The notes: generated from the sequence alone by a model not told the origin. 64,000 bases of DNA from Amphiscolops sp. MND2022 (GCA_964187785.1 OZ076409.1:47866001-47930000); one strand, 5' to 3'; counted from the first letter of the stretch, positions 1 to 13,597 are shown. Numbers and translations: made by a program.

Positions 1-2277
1 TTGTTTCTTCCTCAATAATTTATCAAACTTTTTAAATGATATTTTGACTCGCTTTTTCGAAACTTTCATTTGGTCAAAGGCTACCCTCCCGCTTTTATGG
101 CGGAAATTCAGCTTCAGAAAAGGTAGGTTTTTTTTGAAAACTTTTGTTTTAATGACCTTTGCATTATCAAGAAACTTGAGCGGGGCATCGACTTGGGCCG
201 GCCCCGGCTTGTTATAGACTGCTGTTTTTTATCAAATTATTTTGTTTATCGACAAAATGGAATTACAACAGGAAGTTTCGAACTAAATGTCACAGCCAGC
301 TCCCGGCTGTTGTTACTTTAAACGCGATTGCTTCGGATAACTATACTGTTGTGAACCAATTGGAATGCTTTTTGTGACGTCATCAAGACAGCTATGCTAG
401 CGATACGTTATTATTTGGAATGATTTCGTGACGTCACTAGTTAGATAATTGGAGTGATTTTCTAACGCTCGCCGTAACGTCTCCGTCACGCCTTGGTCAG
501 CTATACCTAATCTCATTACGTACGGAGACGTTACGGAGCGAATTGTAAGATTGTAGCAGCCAGAAATGCATTGTAAGGGCAACGTCACATGAATGGATAT
601 TTTCTTTTGAATTAAGTTTATTCTAATGTTTTCATAGAGTGTTTTGTATTTATACTATGTCAATCAATGTAATAACGTGTTTATGTCATTAACTGATGTT
701 CAGAATACTATTTCCAAAGTGTGGATTTTGTTGACCGAAAGGTCTCGATTCTATCAGCATTTATGTAGTTGAATACTTAAGTAGACGTAACTGCATCGTT
801 TTAAGTTTGTACTTTTATTGAACTTTGTAACTGGAATGTTATTTCGGCATCATTTGGTTCTTTTTATCAGCGTTCAGATATTTCCGTTCTCGAATTTATT
901 TGCTCTGTTCAACTTGCGTTGCCATTTTCGCGAGTCATACTTTTGTCTTGAATTCATTATTCCTTAGTTGGAAAGTTGACTTAAAGGTTCACATCTGCGT
1001 GCTTTCTTCGTTAGAAAGTTATCTAGACTCTTATTTTGCCGCCATTTTGACGCTCAAACAGGAAATGTACCGGTTTGAACAAGTATAATTTCAACAATCG
1101 TGACGCAGAGTTGACGTAACTTGGATTTTCGATACCTGAATTATAGACGCCGGACTGAAATGATATGAATCAACTGGGTTTTTGTATGAACAAACCCGAT
1201 TTTTATGATACCTAGGAAGTTTTAGGTGAAGAACAGATGATGCTAGGAAGGTATAAATATGTTGGTTTTGTAAATTAAATTAGTTAGTTAATAGTGATCA
1301 TTGTTGCACTGTTTCACACCGTTGTTAAAACTATTTTCTTTTGGAAATTCGAATTCTTTCAAATTCCTTGTCTCAACTCAAATATGAAAACCCGAAGTCA
1401 GAAAAGCCTGAAAATATATTCATTGCACCCACATCTACTTCCATAAGAACCAAAACGACTACCCAAAATAACACTCCGTTAGGTAGTCGTAACACTGAAT
1501 AAACGCCGATAGGCTTTTCTGGTTTCAAAAGTATTTTGAAGAATGGAACCCATATCTATTACACAAAGTTTCATCATATCATCGTTAATTTCAGCGAGAT
1601 TTGGCGAAGTACAGTTTGAGCACTGAAGATTACTTCCGGTTGGCTCCTCAAAGAGTGAGAAACATCTTGGACGAGGTGAATTCTTTTCAATTTTACTGCT
1701 ATCGACTTCAGATGCCAAAAATATGCCCTGGTTTTTAGGCGGTATTCTGATTTTTTTTCGAAGGGGATACAGTTCATGTTTGGAAACTGCTTTCGATTTC
1801 GATTAACAATATGTAGTGTAGTTTAAATAATATGAATCGTGTAAGTCGAATGTGATCTTTGTGTGAATCTATACATTCGGCGTAAGTTGGTCCTCTTAAT
1901 AAGATTTAAAAAAAATCAAAATAATCCGAGTGCTGTAGTACTAAAGTAGTCGTCTTAGACTTTTTCGACTGCAATGCTTGAAAACTTTCAAAACACTAAA
2001 TAGGAAACTCTTAAAAATAAAAAAAAATTCTTGAGAATAAGAAATTTTTCTTTATCCTGAATTATTAGAAGCATTGTATATATGCCCCGAGTGACCCAAA
2101 AAGCTGACCAGAAGTTCTAAAAGTAAAGTATTAAGTTTGATTTGGGAGAAAATCTTGTAACCGATTTACAAACTTTGTCGCCGCCTTGTAATAGCTAAGA
2201 AGCACAAACTAAGCACTGGCATTAAAGTTTGGAATCCGTCAAATTGCATCTCTAACATCTAACTTTCACATGAGCAG

Positions 2278-2913
2278 GTTGGCAGGAGGTATGCCTTTTT
2301 TGGGTCAGCTGTAGACAACCAATTAAAGACGGAGCGAGACTCTTTTCTACAATTCATCGACCAGATGAGTAGAAACCCCTACAAGCGAGAGTACCTCTAC
2401 CAGCAGAAACAGCGTTTCCTGAACGAACTCAGGTGGGAAAATGGGATCTAAATCTCTGAAAGAACTAATCAATTGATTGATTTTTGAAACTCATCCTCAG
2501 AAAGAGGTTAGTTAAAGCGAATAAATAGTCATATACTCTTTTTGGAGAGTTGAATAATTTAAAAGATCTTGTTGATGTTAAATCAATTCTTCTTTTCGTT
2601 CTCAATAAACCATTGTCTACGTCATTGCCGACAAGTTTTGCTTTTTTTCAAAGGTTTTTTTCCAAAAAAGTTGGTTTCTTTTAATGATCTCTTGTTCAGG
2701 AGGAAGGAGCTTCATTGGAGGGAGGAGCTGAAGAAGAAAGCAGCCGAGGAGAGGGCAAAGGAGAACAAACGTGAGCTTGAACTCAGAGATGAGATGATGC
2801 GAAGGGTGGCCCACTCCGCACTGAGGGAGAGGGAGATTAGCACCAAGGTGTACCATCTGGTCGACGACGAGATCACCCGAATCCACGACACTGATGCATG
2901 TTCCATCATGTGA
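2278..2913 (+). CDS. Last two coding exons (2278-2432, 2700-2913) of a gene starting upstream; probable AIG1/GIMAP-like GTPase C-terminus with coiled coil and CaaX box
   Basis: The exons cag|GTT...CTCAG|gtggg and ttgttcag|GAGG join in frame across a phase-2 intron. Translation: VGRRYAFFGSAVDNQLKTERDSFLQFIDQMSRNPYKREYLYQQKQRFLNELRRKELHWREELKKKAAEERAKE...DTDACSIM*. 'GRRYAFF...FLQFIDQM...PY' resembles the end of the AIG1 domain (inference). Confidence 0.6.
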
Positions 2914-3411
2914 ACACGTGACGACCCCAAACTGACACATTAAACACTGAAAAGTTAATCGTGTAACCACATGCATCCATGGCAGAAACTCGAAATCCAG
3001 GGCAGAAACTCGAAGAGCTGATTATGCTCCTTTTCTGTCCTGCTTGAACGTTGTTTTCCTTTAATTTTTGATAAGTATCATCATGTTGGATTATGTATGC
3101 GGTCAAGAAAATAAAACTTTCCATGTTTCTTCGAATAACGGCCGCGTCTCTTGAAAACCAAACTTGCACTTGTGAAATGAGTCACCTTCGAACAAACTCG
3201 TTCCTCGACACACTTCCATGCAGGGGGAAAATAAATGTCCTTCTTAAAATCTGGGTTTCCCGGCCATGTTGATAATAGTTGGGAACATACACTGAACAAA
3301 AAAGTACAGACTGCTAGAGTTGCAGGAGAAAAGCATTATTTATTTACATATGCAATTGATGAAAAATCTCAAGAGCAAAAATCTGGTATTTTGATCATAA
3401 TTTTACCGTTA

Positions 3412-4310
3412 TTAGTCGGCACTTTTCGAAGACAAGAACCGACTATAGCGGTGGTTTTTTAAAAGAGCAGCGAACTGGCACAATTTTATAAGCACATTTG
3501 TGTAAGGTCGAGGTATCTTGTATCTTCTAACTGCCACTTGGCATAGAGGTTAGCTCGGATTTTCTGAGGTCCGAGAAGCAGGAGAATGGGGTTTCGAATC
3601 TCGCACTAAACCAATTTTTTATTGCTTGAAAAAATAGAGGGGAGACCAAATGGTTTTTTTTCTGCACTATGCGACTTTTCTCCCAAATTATTTTCAATGA
3701 AAGTTTTTTCGCAGAAGCGAAGCGTTTTACGAGCATAGACGACCACTTTTGGTTTTTTTTTCGGCACGATGCGATTTACCAAAGAAACAATTTGTGAAAA
3801 AAACTTTCTAAAAATTTGTACTTTTTCGGAACAATTTCCCGTATTTTGAGATTTTCTGAGAACAAAATCTTCTTCGAGTCCTAAGGGTGACATCTTCAAT
3901 CATTTTTTGGTCCTCTGAGACTGGCGAAAGGTTTTTCATTAATTGTGGAAAAAATCCACGGTTTTTTCAGCAATGCAACTTTTTTCTGAAAAATTTTTAT
4001 TTGGTCACACCCCCCTCATTTTTATAATCTTATGCTTTCAGGACTGAAAAAAAGCGTTTGGCAAGCTTGAGGCTCCCTTGTCGGCACTATAGAACTTTTT
4101 TCCGAATGAATAAGTTTTCCGAAAAATCTAACAAATTTTGAAAATGCATTTGGGGAAAAGCGTTTTTAATCTCAACATTGTTACTGCTCCGTGTATTTTC
4201 CAGCACTGTGAAATTGATAACATCAACACAATAGTGTCTCAGCATATTTTTTAAAAACATGCTTTTTGTGAACCTTGAGCGAGTCGCCGACTTGGGCTGT
4301 TCTGGCTAGT
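3412..4310 (+). mobile_element. Helentron/DINE-1-like non-autonomous repeat copy containing a tRNA-like segment
   Basis: 5' TTAGTCGGC...CCGACT hairpin; 3' GCCGACTTGGGC...CTAGT end; internal 'gcactatgcgactttt' family motifs; A-box TGGCATAGAGG (~3538) and B-box-like GTTTCGAATC (~3591). Confidence 0.5.
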
Positions 4311-5149
4311 CTTTTCTTTTGCAACCAAATCAAACTTTAGAAACCTAACGGAATTTTGATATCGTTTCAATTTTTTTCCTGCAGTTTGTCGAAAACTACT
4401 GACCAAGAAAAAATCCTCCACAGTTCAAGTTTGTAACCTTCACACCGTTCTCAAACTTTTAGATCCAACACTTTCTCTAGATTTGCTCTTTTGAATAAAA
4501 AACAGCCAGAATTGTTGTAATTCAGTCGAAACATTGTGTTTTTACGGAGTAAAATTGGAAATATTTGCATTTTGTGACCATTTTGAAGGTGTACAAAAGT
4601 CATGCCAGGAAAAGTTAAGGAACAGCGTCAACCGTACAAAATTTGTCGATCGAACGTTTCTCTATGACCAGCGATTTGCTAAATAACGCATGATGAATTT
4701 CCAAAAAAGCAAACTCTCACAAATAAGTGACGTAACTTTTTTGCTTTTCCTTCAATTTCAAAACTCTAAAAAACAAACGGATTTTTGTCTCGAGACTTTT
4801 TTTGAAATAGATAAAAAACGCCGATTTCAAAATTGATACTAGCGAATTCTCGCGTCTTTATTGCTAACCTAATTTTTGTCACCCTAGTGTATTTGGCACC
4901 ATTCAAGTCATACAAAATTTCTTCTATGATGTTACTATGAACAAGCTAGAAGCATATATGGTTCAGATTGTGGTCAGCTTGGAACCGTAACCTTTAAAGC
5001 CACATTCATTGATTAGTATGGAAATGAATTTGCTTATCCCGTGCTCTTACTGGTCATATATGCTAATAGGGTTTTCTGAAAAGTCCTAAGTTTTTGAAGT
5101 TGGCGGTAAAATCAGCACCTAGGTTACCGTTGGCCTTATGAATTCAGCA

Positions 5150-6330
5150 GAGAATTGTCTCGAGGTTACTTAGTGGATTATTTGCAGCAGGTTTGCAGCA
5201 GGTATCAGTCTTTTTCTATACTACCATTAGTAAATTGCAAACCTTGCCCTGAGGAATTATCGATCCGATAGATGTTGTGTTTTGTATTTAAATCCGAAGA
5301 AGGTTCAATTTTAGTTGTTGAAACACGCTTTAATGCCCAGATCAGTTGTGTTTCTAATGTCAAAAGGTATTCAGATATATCAATCAAAAGTATTGCTGGA
5401 TATTGTAAGTGACTGATAACGAGAGTATTCAAAAGCAGGAGCGAGTTCTCAGGGGAAATTACTTGCGGATTGAGTTGATGGTTGTAATACTAAGGCCATA
5501 TTACGTATTATATGCTTGACCTGCTCTTGAAACGTTAGATTTTTATCAAAATAGACTCCGAGATATTTGACGGAATTGGTAGCTTTTTTGTATTGGCCTT
5601 TCACTTCAAGTTTCAAATTTTCCATCACTGGAATTTTGTGAGGTTGACGAAAGACATTGAATTAGCATTTATTGTGACGATGTGACTTTCAAAACTAGAG
5701 TTTCATAAAAAAGACTATTGTTCTCCAGGGTTTCAATGAGTCATATACATCTTTGTTAGATGTGAAGATCTTAGTATCATTTGGGTATTGCACAAGATTG
5801 CACGAATTGTCAATAGTTTCAACCATGTTGCTACATAGATAATGAACAGAAGAGGCCCTAAAATAGTCCCTTGTGGAACACCTTGATAAAGCTGAATCCA
5901 ACCAGATTCGCAGGTAGATGACGATTTTGAATAAGGTTCTGAATACGTTCATTGAGGTAGCTTTTGATCATTGAAACAGCCTCATCAGTGAAGTTAGGTT
6001 CCGATTGTTTCTTTGTGATATTAAGTTACGATAGTTTCTTTATACTTCTGTACTTTACCGTTTGAAGGTTGCCTTTTTGTCTTATAACACAAAACAAGAT
6101 AAATGCGCTTCATGGGACGTTTTATGGTATTTCCCACTAATATCGTATCTTGAGAAGACCAAAGTAAAGTACATACTTTTTTCAATTTGCCATTGCGGAA
6201 CTCTATTTGCATCAGTTCATGAACTTGTTTTCACAACAGCAGAGACCTTTTTCGCGCAAAATGCCCCTGTACATTTTTTGCAAATAAATGGGTCCTGAAG
6301 GTATCTGTCTAAAGACATCTCAATGTCGCA
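5150..6330 (-). pseudogene. Decayed non-LTR retrotransposon (LINE) reverse transcriptase remnant
   Basis: Minus strand reads GVPQGTILG (~5855-5883) and NLVQYPNDTKIF (degenerate YADDT); many stops and frameshifts; ends approximate. Confidence 0.75.
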
Positions 6331-6659
6331 GTGCCACTAGGCTTTATTGGTTGCTCATCAAAAAAAGGCGAAGGCCTGAATCTAATTTACCATGAACATT
6401 TCAAAACCAACGTTGTTGCTCCGTTTTACTATAGCGAAAAGTTCTCAAATAACACCCCTGAGCAAACTGAAGAAAATGTGCTCGCTTTGAGTTTCAAATG
6501 AGGCACCGACGTTTGCTTCTTTCAATTTGTTTCAAATACGTTTGCGTCTCTTCACTAAGGCCCAAAATGGTATTTTTATTCAAATGAGTACTAAAGTTTG
6601 TCATAATTTAACAAATTAAACTTGCAACAAACTTTGTATAGAGAAACTTTTAATTACTC

Positions 6660-6778
6660 ATGGTACGATAAAGAATTTAGATTTACACTCCTAAAGGTAC
6701 CGTTCACAATAAACGTTTCAAACGTTTATTGTGAACGGTACCTTTAGGAGTGTAAATCTAAATTCTTTATCGTACCAT
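6660..6778. repeat. Perfect inverted repeat with 59-bp arms and a 1-nt loop (C at 6719)
   Basis: ATGGTACGATAAAG...AATAAACGTTT-C-AAACGTTTATT...CTTTATCGTACCAT. Confidence 0.95.
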
Positions 6779-7575
6779 AAAGTTTATTTCGGAAAAAAAG
6801 TTTTAACTAACACTTCAAAAATGTCTTTGCTTTCAGTAGGGACGAATTTTTTCAGCGATTTTCCCAAACTTTTTCTAAGATTTGAATCAATATTTGATTT
6901 AGGCGCCAAATAATTGAAACTATTTCAGGTTACCACTTTACATTTTTTTCAAGATTTCGAAAATCTGAACTTTTTTGAATGTTGCCTGTCACGAACCAAA
7001 TATCGGCAAAGACTGCGCTGATTAAGTCATGACTCGGTTTTCTACTAATGAAATTATCAAAAACTAGTGGCGTGAGGTATCACTGATTATGTAACCATTA
7101 TTTGCTTGTGCAGGGGTTTATGTTGAATTTTTAGAATAATTTGAGATGAAATAGTTTTTTATTTGGAATTGCACATGACTGAATTTTCTGTCTTGAGCTA
7201 TTTTCTATATTGGAACGCTTTTTTGCCATATTACACAGAAAAGAACGCAAAAAAGATTTCCCTGGTTTCTTGTCGGTGGTAACTTTAGTCTGTTAACAAA
7301 AACGTTTGTCAATAGAAGCTCCAAAAAGGCATTGAATTCAGCTCATATATGGCATGCTTCTAAGACACGGTAAAACTGTAACTGCGCTATACTTTTTCTA
7401 TCGATACCAAGACACATAATTTCAACCGTTTATATCTGTTAAACTCAACAAAACTTCATGAAATGGGGAGGAGAGTCGAAGTTAAATGATATTGCAATAT
7501 TGTGTAACATAGTTCTAAGCCCATATGTTGTGGGGTGCTAAAGAAAGAACTGTTGTTACTGGGGATAACTGACAA

Positions 7576-10500
7576 TCAATATCTGGGGTATATAATGACC
7601 TTTCCTCTAGTTTCCCGACTTGAAGAATTGTGTTCGCTGTGGTTGTCCTTCATAAGGGCTCTCTTCATTCCAAAAGATTGGAACCCGAAGCCTCGGATTC
7701 TTCGACTTCTTCGTACTTTTGCACTTTCGTCCTGATTGCCTTCTTCAAACTCCACGCCATTGAAAGTGGATGATACTGCTTCATCTACAAACAGACTACT
7801 GCATTTTCTAACTCAACAACAAACAAAAAGTGTAATACTTGTACACAATAAATTGGTTATCAGAAAGATTGACAAATCACTGAACACCACCCAAGGGTTC
7901 GCTGTAGTCAATAACCATAATACTAGAATTATAATTCTAGTTCTGCAGAACTTAACAAGTCGTTACCAGTCCTTGGGAATCCTTAGCAGTCCTGGAATTC
8001 AAATTTTTGTCAGTACGGGTAAGTTTACAATGATTCTTAGAATTTTACAATTTACAATTTTGTAGAATTAATGTTGACATGATATGGACCCCCGATGGAA
8101 AGAAACATTTTGGACTAATGATAGATTATACCGAAAACCTAATTGTTCTTGACACCGTCATCCCGAACCAGTTTTCATTTTCATTTAAGTCATGGAAGTA
8201 GTTCGATACATCTAGACAGTATATTGATTTGCTAATGAAAAATCGGTAATCACATTCTTCTTTTCGGGTGTGCGCCTTTCGCTTATTCCACTTATTCTAA
8301 ACAACCGCTAACCGCATAGCGGTCGCTAATGAAAAATGTGTTTCCATGGATTTGATTTTATTGAAATTTAGAGTTTGATTTTCAGATCTAACAAACTTTC
8401 AAGTTTCTTGAGTTGTAGTTGATTGCGTTGGGCAAAGAGGATGAGCCACTTGTCGAGAAAAGTTTTTCGACTTTCGCAGTATCAGGAGACGCTGTATTTC
8501 TACAGTCTCAATTTTTGCGTCAATTTAACTATCTGCCTCTTAAATTCGGAAGGCGCTGAATGGTTGCGGAAAAAGTATTTATCTATTATTGTTTCAATGT
8601 GAATCCTATAACTAACCTTAATACACTGTCAATTTTTTCTCACTTGATGATATTTTTACTCAAAGTTTTGTGATATCAAAAATCTCAGCGATTAGTTTTT
8701 TGGTAGCACATGGAGAAAACGTAAATTGTAATTTCCATGGCCCCCGAATTGTTTCCTGGAATCAGCTGGGTACCAACTCAGAGATGAAACATATTAAAAA
8801 CTATGTTTCTGTATATTTACCCAAAGTTTTCGAACACATTTTTTTTGTAATTCAATTGTAAATTCCACAAGTTTTCAGTTTTTGAAAGTGTAGCCTCCCG
8901 TAGGAGAAAAAATTGTGAAGGCCGGATTCTAAACAAAGTCTTCCAACCAAATGCAACAATTCCCTCTGGCGAATGGTGACAACATGAGAAAGAGAAGCAG
9001 TAAAAAATCGAGTTGGCCAATGAAAAGCTTTCGAGCATGTCTTCAAAAGCAAGACGGTTGGCGAGAGCAGAACGAAGTGCGAAACAACGATACCGAAGCG
9101 ATACCGAAACGATACTAGATGCGAACCTCACACGGAGAAACATTTTGATAGGTATCGTTTTCACCATTGCAAAACTTTTCCGTATTATCGTTGTATTGAC
9201 AAGTTGTACCTACCTTCGTTTCAGAAGCTACAGAAAGCGGTTTTCTTTCTGTGCAAAGAGTTTAAGCGGGCGAGCTGCGATGCCACTTGTTGTGTATTTT
9301 AAAGGTTTTGTACAAGGTGTTGTTGAGAAGTACCTTTGGAGCTTAGAAATTATTCTCAACAGGATTACATACAGATTTTGCCAGTTTCCTTGACGTTAAA
9401 CTTTTTGGCAAATGGGGTTCGTCTTGTACCGTTCAGCAAAAGGGGCGCATACTAGAGCTGGCACAATGCCTAGGTTGCCTGGACAGTAGACCATAGTCTA
9501 TCTACAGGACTAGCCATCAGTTTTGCTCCCAAAAGTCGTCTTCTGGGGAATTTTCCAACGTCGACAAGACTCGTCATTCTAGAGCTCCGAGGCGCCGTGC
9601 TGGCACACTCAAAGTCCAAACACGTCCCACAAGCACGCAAAAACGATTCCTAGCGTTCCTGAAACTTTTTGCATACTCCCGACGTCCAAAAACGGTATTT
9701 AAGTGAGATACATTATTTTGGATATAAGTGATCACAAAAAAAGATCTAGCAGATCATACATCTGCAAATGTCTGAAAATTAGTGCGAATACATTGAAATA
9801 CGTCAGAAAAACTCCGAAATACAGTCTCAGAGAGGTAGTCAGAGACTTGCTAGGTAGACCATGCATATTTCTTCTGATGAATTTACGCATTCCCAGGGCA
9901 ATACTTCTGGTGCTGATGCAAAACGCGACGTTTTGCGGCACGAGCAGGCACAACACGGGTTGTTTTCGGGGATGTCTCGGTGTCTCTGGAAGATTTTCTA
10001 GATGTTATCTGTGTGTTTTTCGTGATCTGTCTGCCAGAATGATTTTGGGTACCTGCCAGATCAACTGTTTTTAGTCGGCGCTTTTCTAGTGAAAAGAGCC
10101 CGACTTTTACAGCGGCTAGCTTTGTTTCTTTTTTTTTCGTCAGACTACAATCCTCACCCTGATTGGTCCACTTTTCTTACAACAGAAACTACTAAAACTA
10201 CTAATGCCTAAGGTCAAGTCGGGCCAGAGGAAACTTAGTGCAAAGGGTCCCCCTTTCATTTTTTACTTTTTCAAGGAAACCTACAAAACCGGGCGTGCCT
10301 AAAGGGTCCCCCTTTGGATTTTTTTCGACACTGTGCGACTTTTTTTCGAAAATTTTTAAATGTCCCCAACGGGTCCCCCTTTCATTTTTTACTTTTTTAA
10401 CGTAACCTACAAAACCAGACGAGACTGAATGGTCCCCCCTTTTGATTTTTTTCGGTACTATGAGACTTTTTCCCAAAATTTACTAATGTCTCCAAAGGGC

Positions 10501-11187
10501 CCCTAACATTTTGTTGACTTTTTGCAACTGATTTTTAATAATAGAAAGTATGCTAAGTTCTTGTTCTTAATTTTTTCTGGAAGTGTTCTGGACGTTATTC
10601 CTTAGACGTTATTCCCGCTCCAAGAGGTGCATCGTAGAAGTCTATTTACACAGCTCGGTCGACTTCGAATTTTTCAGACATGTCACCTTTTTGAATCCGT
10701 CGAAGTTCCATGCATGATCCATCAATGAACATTGCTACTGCAAAATTTGCCCATGGAAGAACCATAAATGACCATGCGTTGTAATCGATGTGATTTCAAA
10801 ACGGACTGCAAAAAATGAATCACAGGTTTTCCAACAAACATGAAAAAGCTATAGAGATGTACCTGGTAGGAGTGTAAAGTCTTTTTTTGTTTTTTGTTTT
10901 CAAGTGACTTTTGACAACATTCTGGATCCATTAAAAAATCCATGTCCCGTTTTAACTTCTATTAAGTCATCTATTCACTTTGATCGAAATCTCAAGGTAT
11001 GCTCTACATTTTTGAGATGTAGTTTCTGCGAGGTTAACTAATATAATGGATAATGACACCAATAAGTCAACAAAGAAGATAGACCAAAATAAAACTAACC
11101 ACTTTCTTCTATAGCGACACACGTTCTACCAGCAAAAAGGATGAAGATAGTGGCAAAGGATATGAGAGTTAGTTTTGAGAGAAGCAT
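7576..11187 (-). CDS. Putative neuropeptide/peptide-hormone precursor, coding exons 11187-11100 and 7784-7576 (98 aa if there are no further exons)
   Basis: Exon 1 MLLSKLTLISFATIFILFAGRTCVAIEES (signal-peptide-like) ends G|gttag. Exon 2 starts after ctgtttgtag in matching phase 1: DEAVSSTFNGVEFEEGNQDESAKVRRSRR-IRGFGFQSFGM-KR-ALMKDNHSEHNSSSRETRGKVIIYPRY*. An acceptor (ttttttcag) at ~11243 suggests a 5' UTR intron. Confidence 0.6.
10067..10530 (+). mobile_element. Helentron/DINE-1-like repeat copy (5' end and body; no 3' end seen)
   Basis: TTTTTAGTCGGCGC...CCCGACT 5' hairpin and repeated AAAGGGTCCCC subunits. Confidence 0.55.
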
Positions 11188-13597
11188 TGTGGCTTGTCAA
11201 GAGAAACTGTGATGCTGTTCAGATTTCGAAGACAGCTGCAGCTGAAAAAAATGGGAAGAACTGACTAATTTCAGGAAACCAAAAAAAGGATAATGCAAAT
11301 TTGTATCCGGGCGTTGAAAAAAAAGACTAAACAGAAGGCGTGCTTTGCTTTTGTCTACGCGGGGGTAGCGGGTACTCTGTTTTGTCTGTTTTGTGTTGTT
11401 CCAAGCGCTGACAGTTAAAAAGATGTTTGCAAACATGAATCGAAGTTGTTTGTTTCAAACCAAAACACAATCTATAATTTACATTAATTGGGGCGAAATG
11501 CGATCAAATTCCCAGTCCGTGAAATGAGACAAATAATTGATTGTCTTTTATTGTAACTGCAACTTGCCTCGAGATCACGGAAACACGGAAACTATACTTC
11601 CTCGTAAGCGATAGTTTACTTTTATACAATATTTAATACCATAACTCAAGGCATCAGCAAATAGTCAGTTAAAAACTAGAAGCTTCAGAACATCAGTGCT
11701 AAAAACTCAAACATACAAAACAACATGTTGGTGCAAATAGTCTTTTAGGAAATATGGGAGATTTTTTTGGAAGAACAAAACTCCCAACCCAGGTTGACCC
11801 CATACTCAGAAATGGTGAATCATACTATGTCATAGTATGATCATGGTGGAAAATGATCATCATAATATTATGACTAGCATGACAACGATTATGGTCATAG
11901 TATGAGTGACCATGTTTTAAAATTTTCAAAAATTCGAAGTCCCCTTAGCGGAAATATTTGAAATTTGAAAAACATCAAAAAGTGACTCATTGGCTTGCTC
12001 TTTGGTTTTGGAAGATCTAAGGTTACCTTAATGACCCGGGTAGCATTAAGGACGCTTTCCGGCACCGCGTTTCCTGAAGCCACTGGGTTAGGTAGGATTT
12101 TTTCGGTATATTGAGAGCAAATTTCGAGATTTCAAGATGGAAAAGCGCTTATTTTAGATGATAAGTTATTTTGCCCAAGTTTTAGATATTAATCACGATT
12201 CAGAGACGAAATTATTCATAATTTAGATAGTCTTCGCTGTTTTCCCAGAGTTTAAGTTAAAAAAGCGATACTTTACCAGAATAATTGTTTTTATATTATA
12301 ATAATTATCATATTGAAACATTAAAATTTAATTTCAGCTAAGAAGTTATTGTAGGCAAATGTGAAATCAATGATACACTAGGGTACCAAAGAGTTAAAGA
12401 CACTCGACAAAGTTCATATCGCAATAATTTTCTAAATAAATAACTGGCGCAAAGTCCCAAAAGCACAACTTTCTCAACGTTTGATCATAACAACACGAGA
12501 AGTTTTTGTTGGAAATCAAACAAGAATTACAAAAGTTATAGCACTTGACTCATTTTTGATTTTTGGATCTTTCCGAAACTTATCATGTAATACCTCAAAA
12601 ACCGCCTTTGGTGGCCAAAAATGCCAAATGTTGTACCTCTGACTCAGAACTTTAACTTTTGAAATAAGCACTTTTTCCATAAACACTCGCACCAAAATTT
12701 ATCTCAAAATGGTTAGAAAATGCAAATTCTTCGATTTTTACAAAAATATTGTTTCTAGGGAATTACAATATTTTTCGGCTGTTGAGAAAAAGCCTTTCCA
12801 AAAAAGTGTTCGATATGAAAGTCAAAGAACGGTGTCAAAGTTACAAAAATGATCGAAGGAGGTTTTTCCTATGACCGGTAGTTTTTGAGATAATGCGTAA
12901 AAATTCCAAAAAGGCCGAAATTTTTCAAAAAACCGAGATCCCTTTTTAGGTTCCCACTCAATTTCAAAACAAAAAACATCGTTATAATTCTCATTTGAAT
13001 TTCAAAAACTATTGCACCTGGGACTTCTCGAATGCATGTCCTAAGGAAAAATGCTATTCCAAAGTTTTCGAATATGATAATAGCTGTCTTTAGTTTTTGG
13101 TACCGTAGTGTTTCATATGTTGTTGCAGATTTGAGTTGAAGGGTTCAAACTCACCTGGAATTATGAAGGCATTCTTTGATAACGTACCCTTGAGAAAACG
13201 ACGGGAGCAAAACAGCAAATGAGTTCTGGAGTCCACTGATACTTCATGAAGCTACCATTTTAATTTACAAAATCCTTAGAACATTTATGACGTCCTCATA
13301 AGGAAAATTTAAAATCAGCACTTTTTCCGCAAGTATTTTGAGGATAAATTTCGTTTATTAACACCAAAAAAATTACCAGCAAATTCAAATTGAAGCGAAA
13401 TTCCTGAAAGAAGCAGGTTGATGAAGCAGGTTGACGTCTCAAAGCATCATATTTTTCAAATACCAATAAACTGGATCACCACCAGTGTGACAAAGGTTTT
13501 AACCATTCCTGACAAAGGATTTAGTACAAGACGCCCGCTAAGCACCGGGATATTTTCCTCCCTTTTCGCCTTCATCACTTGAGCCATAGCTATTTTG

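Noticed and set aside
370..590. Cluster of TGACGTCA/ACGT motifs as a promoter
   Set aside because: No linked transcription start or gene could be supported; may be repeat-derived.
3530..3612. Functional tRNA gene
   Set aside because: I could not fold a full cloverleaf; it is embedded in a repeat.
8817..9393. ORFs 9013-9393 (+) and 8817-9167 (-)
   Set aside because: No recognisable motif or supported splice structure; they lie within the inferred intron of the peptide gene.
10722..11040. Additional middle exon of the peptide gene
   Set aside because: Candidate acceptors run into stops in the required phase; the direct 11100-7784 splice is simpler, though extra exons are not excluded.
12000..13110. 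piggyBac-like ends (e.g. ...CTAGGGTACCAAAGAGTTAA at ~12378-12397; similar at ~4865 and ~13095)
   Set aside because: Could not pair termini with TTAA TSDs into a defined element.
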